Source: Marsupella aquatica
Lineage: Eukaryota; Plantae; Marchantiophyta
DNA length: 61,769 nt
Assembly: GCA_973895155.1 (NCBI GenBank)
Contig: OZ316893.1
Span: forward strand, 27,029,383 to 27,091,151
Reading direction: 5' to 3'
Shown in pieces: positions 25,726-39,000 of the stretch. Below the pieces are notes generated by a model, which was given only the letters and a program-made list of their open reading frames with translations, was not told the DNA's origin and made no database searches. The translations under genes were made by a program, and so were the position numbers. Each line of letters starts with the position of its first letter. The stretch's first letter is position 1.

Positions 25726-28700
25726 CACAAGGAAATGACCTCCAAGTTTTCAGTGCTGTGTAAAAAAAATTCTTAGGTTTTTTTCACCGGCATCTACAGT
25801 GAGTTACAGTCATGGCAATATGATCATTTCTTGATTGCAAAAATTTTCAAATATGTCAATAACTTTTTTGGTTTGTAAATTTAACCTAGTAGTTAAGGTA
25901 CATCAAGTAATGAGGTTTGGGACCCCCTAATAAATCCTTTGACAAGAGACTCTAAATACTGGGGTGAGTTTATAAGCTGGCTCAAGTTTTCAGGTGATTT
26001 TATGGTGCGTACAGTTTTCATATGTAGCTGAGATTACAAAGAAAGTTGGAGTTGTTGGGTAATTAAACAAGGTAAGTGCACTTTAAGTCTATCACCATTT
26101 AGTCAGTGCAACAACACAAGGCAGAAGAGCCAAAAATTTGTCTGGGCCAGCTAAAAGCTAAATCACTTGGTAACTTGAAATTGAGGCCTGGCTTCAACTT
26201 GAGAGTGATTTGCGACTGAGAAAAGGCAGAGGACAGGTAAGTTGCCCAGTCTTTTTGGTGAAATGATGACTGACCCGGTAGTTGAAGGTAACTCAATGTT
26301 TCTGGGCTACATGGCTAGTCACGATGCTTTTGAGCAGATCTGTTTACAGAAAACTACGTAGTTGGGGGTACAAAAGGAGGCACTAAAAGCATCAATTGAA
26401 TGTAACTTGACCAGGTCACTGCACTAACTTAGTTAGCCCCCAACCATGGTGCACTCTCTGTTGTTTTATCCTGGCAAGACCCACTAGGAGGGCCAAATTT
26501 GAAGGCCTGGTGTTTAGGGTGTACATCTTGTTGCGGGTGAGGGCAAAGTAAATTTTAGGTGTCTCAACAGTACCCACGCAGAAGCGCATGAGCATCCACA
26601 GCAGAAAGAGAAGGCCTTGTCGATCAGGGTGCCAAGAGCTTATTAGAAACTGGAATGTCTGCTGCTTAAATAGCTTTTGGGAAATTAAGAATATATTCAA
26701 TTTTCATTAAAGCTCTGGGCATGTCATCTGTAAAGTCTTTAATATTGCAAAATTGTGAAACTCTAGAATGTGATCTAGTTTTCTGCAACATACTCTGCAT
26801 ATCCATATCCAATCCATATCCATATCCAATCCTCCATCCCCTAGAATGGTGCCTCTTGTGCTTATGCTTCATCAATCTCCATGCTGGCCAAGAAAAAACA
26901 GCACCATTTGGCTGCAAAAGTCTCCATGTTTTAATTATACAGATCATTCACCTTTTCCTTTTGCTATTGTGTGGGCACAATTGGGCCAAATGACCTTTGC
27001 CAAGTTAGTTTGCAATCTTGCAACGTGTCATCCCCCACCCTTAACTAGTCACCTCAAACCAAGTCTCTTGTGTCTCTGTAGAACATACCACTCTCCTTTC
27101 AAGAGGCAGACGGCAGCACAACAGTTCAGTACAGTCAGTTAGGACCACTCTAAGTAATTTGCAGAGTTGTGGTCCTGGTCAAGTTACCTTTTGGCTGTTC
27201 GGGACCCGCCAAGTATATAATTGTAACAACTTCCATGCAGATTTTCCGATCTCTAGTTCATCCATATTATTGTTCTAGTGCTAGCCTAAACCTGTCCTTT
27301 GAATGTCAATAATTGGTGAGAATATAAAGAAGCTCATTCATTTTCCACCTCTATGGTACGTTGATGCCCATCCCTGTCTAGAGGATTCACTCATAGCCCT
27401 TATTTAGCTTCTTGTCATGATTATATACTTAGATTATGTAAGTATAGTTACTGATGCAAGCACGATGGAAAACGAGCAACAATTGAACAAGTGTGCATAG
27501 GACTACCCCATCAAAACGACGCTGCTTCTAGGTCTGTCCTCTTAGTCCTATATTAGTGGAAACCCAACCATGCTCTCTACGTATATGCAATTCATTCACA
27601 AAGTTGCTAGAAGTCCCTAATGATGCTGAACATGGATATTGCTGGCTTTTTGCCTTCACAAATCTCTTTGTAATCCTATATCTCCTTGTAGGTTTGGCGC
27701 ACTCACTTGCAAGGGCACCCTTGTCTGTTATTTTTAGTGTAAAGTGTGCACCAATAATTATATGTTGCACAAACTTGGAACAGCAAAACAATCATGTACA
27801 GTAGTATTAAGAATTAAGATAAGATTGCAAACAATGAAATAATGGCTTCTATTGTTGGTGGGAGTACAATTTTTAAACAATAACTCTGACCCAATTATTT
27901 TTGCCAACAGACTTAGAGTGGGACAAGGAGAAGACTTCTATGTACGAGACCACAACCAGATTGAAATGTCAAAACCTACAATAAACAGTCCCATGGTTTT
28001 AGGGTGGTCATCTCACAAATTTAATTAGAGGATTTCTGTGCCAAAGAAAGACTGGGAAGCAAAATGGGGCAGGGGAGGACAATATGGGAGCAGGGGGAGG
28101 GACAAGGATCCAGGATTACGGGGAGGGGGGTTGCACATGGATAGGAAATATCAAGGAGGATTTGTCCACCTTGATCCTGGCCCCTCCCCTCCCGCACATG
28201 GATGGGACCAGGTAGGGGCGAGGATGAAAGAGAACAAAATTCCTCCTTGTTCTTTGCCCCTCCCACCTCTGATGCGAGTATGGTGCTGTGTTGTGGGAAG
28301 ACGGTCAATAAAATTTTCTTTACTCTTGGCATTCAACCTACCTGAAAAAGTCAGTGTTGGTTTGAAGGAGGGAATGTGACAGAAGCACAAAGATATCTGT
28401 CCATTGAGCTCACCCCTATCAGTCACTCATCAATGGAACACTTTTAAGCGATTGAAAGTGCTGCCTAAAACTAAAAATTTGTGGACAAAGTCGTTTGGAT
28501 ACCATTTTTAAATCAGAAAAAAAGCTTCTTAGGCGAGCTGTGGGATCTGGTGGGACTGGGAAGACCATTGTGGCAAATGCTCTTTGTTTTAGACAACAAC
28601 ATCTTCTGTGCAACCACACAGGTATTGACCTAGTAATTTATAACTCCCTGCAGATACATAAGGTTAAAGCAAGTAGGTCGTGCTTGCGGTAGGTTTCCGA

Positions 28701-31700
28701 AGTGGGGTGCCACATTTGAGGGTTGGCTTATTATGGTCAAAATAGGGATGCCTTATATTGTTGGTATGCCATAAGGGGTTAGTGGAGGGGCAGGGCATAC
28801 ATTCAATTCAGCCGATCTTACTACTAATTTGGTAGAGAAAGGCCTACTTTTATGGCCTAGATCTAGAGTAAAGCTTCCAGACCATAACTCTGCCTGGTCG
28901 CTTAACTTTGGGACAGCAAGGAATGGGGACAAACATACATGAGTAAGAATGGTAATGATCTTCTTCTTGCAAAGTTTTTGTGTACTCACCTATATTTACT
29001 TTCAAAAGAAGGGGTTAGTTGGGCTAGTGTTATTAAAGACCGTTGACTGAAGGTAGTGTAAAACTAGAAGACACCAAGGTACAACACCATGGAGGCCCAA
29101 ACAATGGGGAGTCCCACACAAGTACAATAGAACCTAAAGCCATGGAACCAGGTGGTTTAGCCTAGGGACAGGCAGACCCTTATTGGCTTCCAAAAGATTT
29201 TACTATCCTACCTTGTACACTTTACATCATTAGGTACACTCAGAAAAGTCAACCTCACTGAAAAGTAGTCCCCACTTTTTGCTAAAATTCTCCACTAGTT
29301 TTGTTGTCAATGAGCCAGTTTCTCACCTACACACAGACCCCACTAGCAAAATTTAATGGATGTCCTTAAATCTAGGGAGATTGAACTGTCACTAGGGAGA
29401 TTGAACTGTCAATTTTCAATCTAAGAGAATTAAATAATGAATATTCTTGACATTGTCTCCCTCACACAAGCTGACGTTGGCCACCTTGGCCAAAAAAACG
29501 AACCCTCAAAATCATCCGACGGTGTACTAAACACAAATCACCCGACGGTGTACTAACCACAGCTGGGTACCACGCGGTGCAGTCCACACCGTTGGCATAG
29601 TCCATGTACCATTACAGTACGTCGTTCCAACTACGATAGACGGCTGCATTGTACGAATGCAAGACTACCGTAATACCGTAGAACTGGTGTGATCGGTGCT
29701 GGGCTATGCTTACAGGTCACTGGGGACCTTACACTGTATACCACTTATACTTTACTTCGGTAGTAAGGTGATTGGGAAAACCGACACCCCAGTTCCTTCT
29801 GATCTGAGCCGTCAATTTTCAAGATCCGACTGCAGTGGTCAAATTGTCAGAAAACGTAATGTAGTAATAATTCTCCGAGTGATGTTACGTATTCAAACTT
29901 CCACGCGGCTCCTTCGTAGTGGTCATAATCCGACAAGTTTCACCCATACATGCACATTCTTGTCCATGATGTCACGGTGACATTACTCGTAGTTACTGCT
30001 GTACGTAGTCTGTATGCATATACGTTGGGGTGCGACGACCGGACTGGGGCCCACTGCCGGTCAGCGTTGGCAGAAACAAAGAGCATTTGAATTTCTGCGC
30101 GGGACTGGAGCGACCGGGTGCTGCCGGTAGCCGGTCCCAAACCATGAAGGTCTGGCAAGAGTGACGTAGTGAGCACATCTACAGTAATTTTCCTTTTTGA
30201 GTGTTTTCTGTACATTCAGTAAAGTTGCCTTTTCGAGGAAAAAAAGACAAAAAAATAGATCAACAGTAGGTTCTACCCCAAGAATTGGTGAGCGTATCAT
30301 TGTTTTTCTCAAAAGACTGATTGGTCAGTGTAATTCAGGACCAATGGCGACCAATCCTGGACTCTTGTTGCCCATATGGCACATGAGGACTTCATGGGGC
30401 CTGTAAATAGCTCCAACTATATTGTCAAAATAAAGGGGACGTTAACTTTTATGATAAAGTATATTGTATACATTGGTAAAATATTATATATACTGACCAT
30501 ATATTCCCCCCAGCAGGTGGATTACATGTATCGGATTTGTTTGCTACAGTGTAAGTTTTAGTTAAAAAATAAATAAAGCTCACTGACATTCTTGCTTAGA
30601 TGGAATTGAGAGACCCAAAATGAGTCACTAAGATCAGGCTTCCTGCTAAACTGTTATCTATCATTGGATTTTGCCATCGAAAGAAGGTCTTCACAAGAGT
30701 GGTTGAATTGCTACAATCTGTTAACTAAAGGGGAGGCCCAATTGAATTAATCTTTGTGGAACTAAGAGCATCTCCTGTGGTTAGGGGTCAATCACTTCTG
30801 AGCCCAAAATTTAGCCCATCATTTGGAGGCCTAGAAATTAGAAAGTCCTCATGTTGATTCAATCACTGGGGGAAGCCCTCCTTCTTGACCTCTATCCTCT
30901 CCAAAGTGATATGTTGTCATACCTAGGTTCAAAATCTCAAGCATATCCAGGATTTTGTGACATGTGGTGGAATCTTTGACCTAAATGGGAATAGAGTGGC
31001 AACTAAACTAACATGATTGTCTCAATTTGAAAATCAATGGCAACTGAATAGCGGCCTCATTTCTATCTCTTCGGTTCTTTCCAATGGACTCCAATTCTAC
31101 CAGAATTCAAGAGTTCTTGGATACACAATGGTTGAACCAAGATAGAATTGTTGGAGCACCTGCTACTATTGAATGTCTCATATCATCAATCCTAGGGTTG
31201 TGGGCTCTCACTCAACAACCAAATGGCAACTGGTGGGGTTAAAGTCTAGTGCCCACATCGGGTCCTTGAGCATAAGCCACTAACAAACTATATGCTTGTC
31301 ATTAAAGAATAATGCATCTGCCCGGCTGCGGCCGGTCTCTGATGCTGTGTATGTGGTGCTTGGGCTGTCTGTGCTGTAGCCTGTTTGGCTTCCCCTCATC
31401 CATGGGGTTTACGCGGAATCAATGCTACATGCCATAAAAAACTCAGAGAAAAAAATGGATGTTTGCCCTCCAAGACACTATGCATATTTAAACAAATTTA
31501 GCAATTGGGTTGGAGAGACACATAAATTATAATCCGTGATCAAAGTCTACCGTGCACGACCTACAATTCCATACTTTAGACTTTGGTAACTGAATGTTTT
31601 GATATTTAGTCCATAAGTAGGGACGGGCACCAGGAGTCTGTGTATGGGGATTGGGCTAGTGTCTCATATGGAGGAAAGTAACTATACCTTTCATATGATG

Positions 31701-32189
31701 AGTCTAGCAGCATATGATCACCACCAAGCGTTGTCAGAGTAGTTAAATAAGCTTTAACTAAGGTTACTTTAATAACAATGTTACATGTATTTAGAAAATC
31801 TAACAGGCTAGCTAGGGTGGCCAAATATTTATCAGCTACTACAATGTGTAACTCCGCCAAAATTCTTGGTGGTCTGCTTATAAACTTGAAACAAGGGAAC
31901 ACAAGGGAACAAAATTCAACCGTCAATTGCGTTCTAGAGTTTTTTTTTATGTCACAGTGGGATGGGATTGTGTGCAATGGGGTGACCAAGGAAGGTCTTT
32001 TATATTGGGAGGGGCCATGTACAATAGATTACTAGGGGATAAGTGGTACATGTGCCAATGAAGAACTATAATATGCTAAACCGCCAAAAAAATTAGTCTT
32101 TTGCTTTCAAACTTGAATGGATGATTGAAATGCAGCCTTCAAATGTATTTTAGACTTCTTTTTTTGCCACTGTTAGCTTATGTGCATTG

Positions 32190-32270
32190 GGGATGTGGTA
32201 AGTGTCCAAATTGTACCATACAATAGGGTACTAAGGGATGTGGTAAGTGTCCAAATTGTACCATACAATA
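32190..32270. repeat. Short tandem duplication (~45-bp period)
   Basis: gggatgtggtaagtgtccaaattgtaccatacaata occurs twice, exact. Confidence 0.85.
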
Positions 32271-32954
32271 ATAAATATGTGCATGAAAATTTTATGATAC
32301 ATGTGATACATATATATATATAAATGCTTTACCTTCTATGTAGGAGTCATGTATAGAAAGCACGGGTGGTATTTTGATTTGTTTTAAGTTTAACTCCGTT
32401 TGATAATTTACTTCACTGTTTTTAAATAGTGTTGGAGTGTTAGGGAGGTGTTGTTTTTTTGTTTTGTTTTTTGGGGCTTCCTAAATTTCATTGACTGAGC
32501 TGGATCCTTACACAACCCCTCCCAGATTTTTTGTCTTTCTAAGGTGAGGTGTACATTTCTTTTTCCATTTGTGAGTTCAGGCAATTGTTGTGGCAAGGTG
32601 ATTCAACCTTGCACAATATTTCTTTCTGGGCCTCTTTAAAACCACGTTTGTTACCAATTAAAAGACATTGGTAACAAGAAGACTGTCAAAATCTTCTTTG
32701 TTTCTATATTTTCTGTTCCATGTCACCCAAAAAAACCCAACCATGGTTACACTTGCAGGATACACACAATATGCAATGAGGTTTCACAATTGAATTGAAC
32801 TTGGTTCAATTAAGTAGGGCTTTTTGCCTTTGTGTCTTTGGGGCTTTTTGGCTCATTGGTCTTGTTGAGGTCTTCTTTTCTCCCCTTTATTGGGTCTCAT
32901 TCCCTGGTATCTTGTCTCCCATGGTGGTTCACATACATGTACTTCACTACACTT

Positions 32955-33112
32955 CGTTCAGTCAATGAGTATTATTTTCCTGGAATCATGGAGGAAACTA
33001 GCATAGTACACGAGGGTAGTGAGTGAAGCATGAAGAGTTCAGTCAATGAGCATTGATTTCCTGAAATCATGGAGGAAACTAGCATAGTACAGGATGGGGA
33101 GTGAAACATGAG
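32955..33112. repeat. ~82-bp tandem duplication
   Basis: gttcagtcaatgag...tcctg.aatcatggaggaaactagcatagtaca occurs twice. Confidence 0.8.
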
Positions 33113-34014
33113 GAAGTGTTGGACACCTCCTCCTTACATAATACTCTCTCTAAGTACACAATTCATAAGTGCAAAACCTTGTTCTCTCCAAGGTGTCTAG
33201 TTCTTCTCTGTTTGCACTTTTTTGTAAAATTGCAAAAAGGCCTGAAAGTTCTTTAGTTAAACCACAATTTCAATTGTGTAACCCTCGGTAAGTTATATGA
33301 ATACATATTAGTAAGCTCACAATCCCATCAAAATTCACTTCCTGATAACTGTATGCGCATACACATTGCTACACAACATACATCGTTTGTCACACATATC
33401 CAAGCATAGTCACAATCCAACGACACAAACATAAGAGAACGGAGTACAAATGAAACCCATCTCCACACATGCCCAAAACCCACAATAATCTTCAATAGTG
33501 CAAATTGAACAACGATCGATGCTAATCCAACAACGATCCCGTCCATGCGATCACACATGTATGTCAAGCCCAACACACCTTGTGCTTCAAGGAATCCACG
33601 TGACATGCACGCAACCTGGTCAACCACACCATAGCCACTAGAGCTTGTGCTCAAAGGCTCAACATGGAAAGATGGGGCCTTTGAGCCAACACAATAGGAT
33701 AATGATCCCTCACACCAATCCCAAACTAAACACTAAGTGCTCATACAACACATTCATACAAAATTTCTATATCTAGATAATAAGATATATTTTACTACCA
33801 CTCTAAATGGTGTGACACATTTGAAATAGAATGAAAATTGAATGTATGGGTAGAGTACCAAATTTAAGACAGTGATGCAAAAGTTAGGGTGGTAGTCACA
33901 GATGTTCAATGATGGAATATAATTGCACATTTAGCAAAGAGATGTAAACCATACATTCTTATTCATAAATGTATAATTCAAAGGGTTTGCATTTATCAAA
34001 TAGTGCAAAACAAT

Positions 34015-34230
34015 CTTAAGTACATTGCCACTAAAATGTTCCAGTTGACAATTCTTCCACTGTTTTTAATATATTTATAAAATATGCCATGATTTTCATA
34101 CATGGTTATCTTCATTTCCTTGTATTTACAAATAAGTATGTCATGATTTTCATATATGGTTACCTTGTTACATTGAGTAGTCCATACACCAAAACCATGC
34201 TATTTTTGTGAATACAATAAAAATATATGA
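34015..34230. mobile_element. Left part of a MULE-like MITE interrupted by the copia insertion
   Basis: cttaagtacattgccactaaaatgttcc.gttgacaat resembles the TIR of the 24880-25092 MITE. The right arm resumes after 41257 (gacatttttgtggatacaatagacaagagtgacac). Confidence 0.55.
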
Positions 34231-34235
34231 AACAT

Positions 34236-34343
34236 TGTTAGACTCTACCTGGTGACCGGACGACCGGATCAGCCAGTCACCGGACCGGCACCACTATATG
34301 TACCAAACGCCACAGGCTATACATGATTCATTCCATTATCACA
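34236..34343 (+). repeat. 5' LTR of Bianca element 1
   Basis: tgttagactc...cattatcaca, identical to the 3' LTR except ccggaccgg vs ccgggccgg. Confidence 0.95.
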
Positions 34344-34357
34344 CGTTATCAGCACGA
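34344..34357 (+). other. Primer-binding site complementary to the anticodon arm of tRNA-Ile (half-tRNA priming)
   Basis: CGTTATCAGCACGA directly follows the LTR. It is complementary to UCGUGCU-IAU-AACG of tRNA-Ile(AAU) as recalled, and is typical of Bianca elements. Confidence 0.8.
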
Positions 34358-36061
34358 GGACTCAGCCAGCGGAACCAAGAAAAAAGAAGAAGAAAAGCTA
34401 TGGAAAACGGAGCAACTTTAAGTGGCTGAGCGTGGAGACTAAGAATTTTTTTTTCGAAGGGCCATACCGTTATAAGAAACGAAGAGAAAAAACAAGAACA
34501 TTTTTTTGCAGAGGTTACAAATTGCCTCTGCACCTATTTACGAACGCATTGCATAGGAACGTGGCTGAAACAGACGCGAGCCCCTTAGAAGATCGAAGGA
34601 AGAGGCAGCGCAGGACAAAGAACCGGCGCTAGCAGAACCCCTTCGCTGCACAAATCGAAGGACAGAGGGAAGAAAAGACAATTGAGACAGCCGAACTCAA
34701 GAGGAGATGGTGCGAATTGGAGCAATCATCTATTAGAGCCACTAAAGCATTATCGGATGAAATGACAAAGGAGCGCCATAACCCTATCGAAGAATTGAAA
34801 GAGAAAAAGAATGCCAAAAGCGAAGAGTGAGCACAACCCAAAACCTGAAAGACCGGGAGGAGATAAGAATCGAGAGAGATTGGAGGAGATAAGTAGCAAG
34901 CAACGGCGAAAGGGTACTAGACTCGCGAGCAGACCAAAGCGAAACGACCTATGAGATTTTGAGGATTGACATTGACAGGATTCCTGTAGCCCGAATGGAG
35001 AGAAATCCCAACAAATTCGAGAGACGATCATGGTTCGCAATTGAAAAAGAAAGACGTTAAGAATAGAAGCGAAACAGTAGAAGGATTGCCAATCGTTGCC
35101 TGAGAACTGCATTGAGTGGGATTCGAAGAGAATCCATAAGGACCCGATAGCAAAAGCCTAAAAGAGAGGAAGGAACCAGCAACCTTGCCCCTTACGCTAG
35201 CAGCCAGGAAAATTGAAACAGCGACAGAGCGACCGAGAACGGGATTTCTATAGAAGACCATCGTAATGGGACAGCATAAGAACCAGATGGAGAAGCAGTA
35301 GACCCGCGAGCGAAACCACAGACGATTTAGGAAGTGAAATTGAGGAAGCGGAAGAGCAGCGAAGCCCGAGCATAAGCAGATTCATAAGGACACCATAGGG
35401 AGACAGGAGAAAACATCCTTGAGACAATCCAGTCCTTGAGGCCGTGGCGGCAGCAAAAGCGATGGCCACAGATCAGAACAAGACCGGGGCACAAACATGA
35501 GCATAGCAAGGAAGAGAAAAAGACTTCCAATTCGAATAGCGAAGACAGCCGCAACGCATCCATAAGGACAAGAGGCGCCACAGGAGCACCAAAAAGGAAT
35601 AGAGGCAGAACACGCAACCTCAAGGCCCAAAATCATCGACAGAACGTCGAAGCAAGACCAAACCGCTAAGTGCACCACCTATAACCGCTAAACCTCCATA
35701 ATTGCATTTTGTAACAAAGAAAATAAACCTTACAAAGCCGCATGTGCACTTAACCAAGGCACGAGTAAATTACCACCCATAACTGCACAAACTGCAAAAC
35801 TTAATTACTGCACAATTTAACAAAGGAAAGAGCTAATACAAAGGAATCCTTGCAGTTATACATTTACAAAGACAACCTAAATACTAAGTGCAAATCCTAA
35901 ATTCTGCAAAAACCCAAACATACTTGCTTTACTCACCCACGACTTAGATTACTCTCCTCAACCCTTTCTCCACCATTGCACGCGGATAATGTGCATTGTC
36001 TTTTGACTATATATATATTATATAAACACGCACAACAATGCTGCACGCCAGGACCTTAGAG

Positions 36062-39000
36062 ATGACCAACCTCGAGAAACTTACCTTCCCAGCCCTAGAA
36101 ATCGATGGCGGCAACTACCTAGAATGGTCCATGAACCTAAAAGAAAACCTAACCTCGCTAACCCTACTTCCTGTGATAGGGCTCGCTCAACCCATCCTAG
36201 CCGGCGAACCACAACCAGACCCATTAACTAAAGCCAACGAATCGAAAGCCCTAGTATTCCTGAGACGCCACATCCATAGATTCCTATAGAGATAATACAT
36301 GCACCTTTCGACTCCTCGTGAACTATGGACAGCACTCCAGACCCGATTCGACCACCAGAAACTGGTCGAATTACCTAGAGCCAGGCAAGACTGGCTCAAC
36401 CTGCGGGTCCAGGACTTTACCTCTATTTCAGCCTACAATAGCAAACTCTTTAGAATAACATCAACCCTCGCACTATGTGGCGAGCCGGTCACAGACAAGG
36501 ATTTGCTAGAGAAGACCTTGTCGACATTTCATTCATCGAATGTGTGGCTATCAACACATTATCGAAACATGAAGTTCGGGCAATATTCCGAGCTCATAGC
36601 CCACCTTCTAGTCACCGAAAGAAACCAAGAACTTCTTTTAGTAAACTCTAGAAAACGACCTGCGGGCACATTGCCCTCAGGACAACAGAATGAAACCCAT
36701 AACATAGAAAATAATGAACCCTCCACATCGAGGCAAGGCATTAAGCGCACTAAGAATGGCAACCAAAGAAACACCCACAATAGGGGGAGTTTCTATAACC
36801 AACGTCCACAATATAACTCCCAACGGACCTTTAGAGGACGTGGTGGACGTGGTGGACGAGAAGGACTGGAGGACACAGAGGACGAGGAGGACGTGGTGGA
36901 CGTGGTGGACGCGGAGGACGCAGCGGTGGTAGAACATATAACAACAACCGTAGAAACGATTGGTCACAATCCCGACAACAACGGGAACGACCGAAATGCC
37001 ATGAATGTGGCATGACAAACCACCTAGCGAGAAACTGTAGAATCCCGCAACACCTTAGAGACCTATACCAATGGTCCATCTAGGATGGACAAACCTCTAG
37101 GCCACCACCCCGTGAAACCCACGGGGCGTTTATGGAGTCTAGTGACCCATTCCAAGACTTTTCAGACCTACCTGCCCAACCCGAGGCACACTTAGTGGCA
37201 AGTAGCTCCACTACACCAGATTTAAATAGTCTAAGCACATGTATTATCGATAGTGCAACAACGCATACTATCCTCAGGGATAGGCACCTTTTCCACAAGA
37301 TTACACCCTCACGTAGATCTCTGACCACTATAAATGGCCCTAGCCAAATAGAAGAAGGCTTCGGCCCAGCTTCCATTAGACTACCGTAGGGTACAGCGAT
37401 TCACATAGAATCTGTCATTTTTGCCCCGAACGCAACCCGTAATCTCCTCAATTTTAGAGATATACGAGCAAATGGACTACATGTCCAGACGGGCGACACA
37501 AGAGACCAGGAAGTGATACACTTGGTTCAAAATACCCCTACAAGGAAAATCATTAAAGAAACCCTTTTCTCGTACCCTTGCGGGTTTTATGTAACACATA
37601 TTGAATGCCTGCATAACAATGCCCAAACAAGTGAATTGCCCGCGCTTTGGCATGCACGCTTCGGCCACCCTGGCCAATCAATGCTAAGCAAAATAATTAA
37701 GAATTCAAGTGGCATTCCAATAAATACACGCCACATTCCAGCTAGCACCCCATGCACTGCATGCTCACGCGGCAAATTAATAACAAGGCCCACGGCATCA
37801 AAATTGCCAACCAAAATACCAAAATTCTTGGAAATAATCCACGCCGATGTTTGCGGGCCAATTAACCCACTGAGCGGACCATTCCGCTACTTTATGGTAT
37901 TAATCGACGCATCCACTAAATGGTCAAATGTGACACTACTTTCAACGAGGAACATGGTTATGCCTCGCATCTTGGCGCAAATCCTGCGCGTGAAGGCACA
38001 ATTCCCAGATCACCCCATAAAGACACTAAGGGTGGACAATGCAGGGGAATTCGCATCTGAAACATTTGACAACTTTTGTACATCACTTGGCATTGATGTA
38101 CAATACCCTGTACCCCACGTGCACTTCCAGAATGGATTAGCCGAAGCGGTTATTAAACAACTTCAGCTCATCGCACGCCCACTACTAATGCAGTCAAAAC
38201 TCCCTGTCTCAGCATGGGGACATGCCATATTATAGGCTAATGCATTAATTCAATACCGCCCATCGGCTTTTAATACCTATAGCCCATACCAAATTGCTAA
38301 TGGTACAAAATCTGACCTATCACATCTTCGTTCATTTGGATGCCAAGTAATGGTCCCCATTACCCCACCCAAACAAACTAAGATGGGACCCCAACGACAG
38401 TTGGGGATATACATCAGATTCGACTCACCGTCCATAGTCCGATATATGGAACCTACAACTGGTGATGTTTTTAAAGCCAGATTCCTAGATTGCCATTTTG
38501 ATGAGCATATTTACCCATCATTAATAACCCCCGAACACCCACAACCACCTTTGGAGTGGGAAAGACACTCGCCATTTTGGCAAGACCTTAGAACGAATCA
38601 AGGGGAGAAAGAAGTTCAACGAATTTTGCAACTCCACAAGATTGTGGAAGAACTTCCTGACGCTTTCGTTGACACATCACAACTTACCCGCTCACATATT
38701 CCAGCTGCGAGAGCATCTACTCGCATCGAATTATCAAGTGAGCCAGCAAGTACATCCCAACCTTGTGCAAAATGAGGTAGACCCTTGGGATCAAAAGATA
38801 AACAACCACGAAGGCGTGGTTCATCTATACCACCTTCACCTGATGTCGATCATATCGAATCTACACCTCATGAAGAGATCTCTATCCACTACGCACACAC
38901 AGGTGCGATGTGGGATAGAAATACTACTTCAATAGATGATGCTTTTGCATTAATGGTGACAACACATATCACTGACAATACACCCGAACCAATATCTATC

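Noticed and set aside
34339-35678. Hydrophobic antisense ORFs in the copia leader as an env-like gene
   Set aside because: They are short, overlap in several frames, and are explained by the A/G-rich plus strand.
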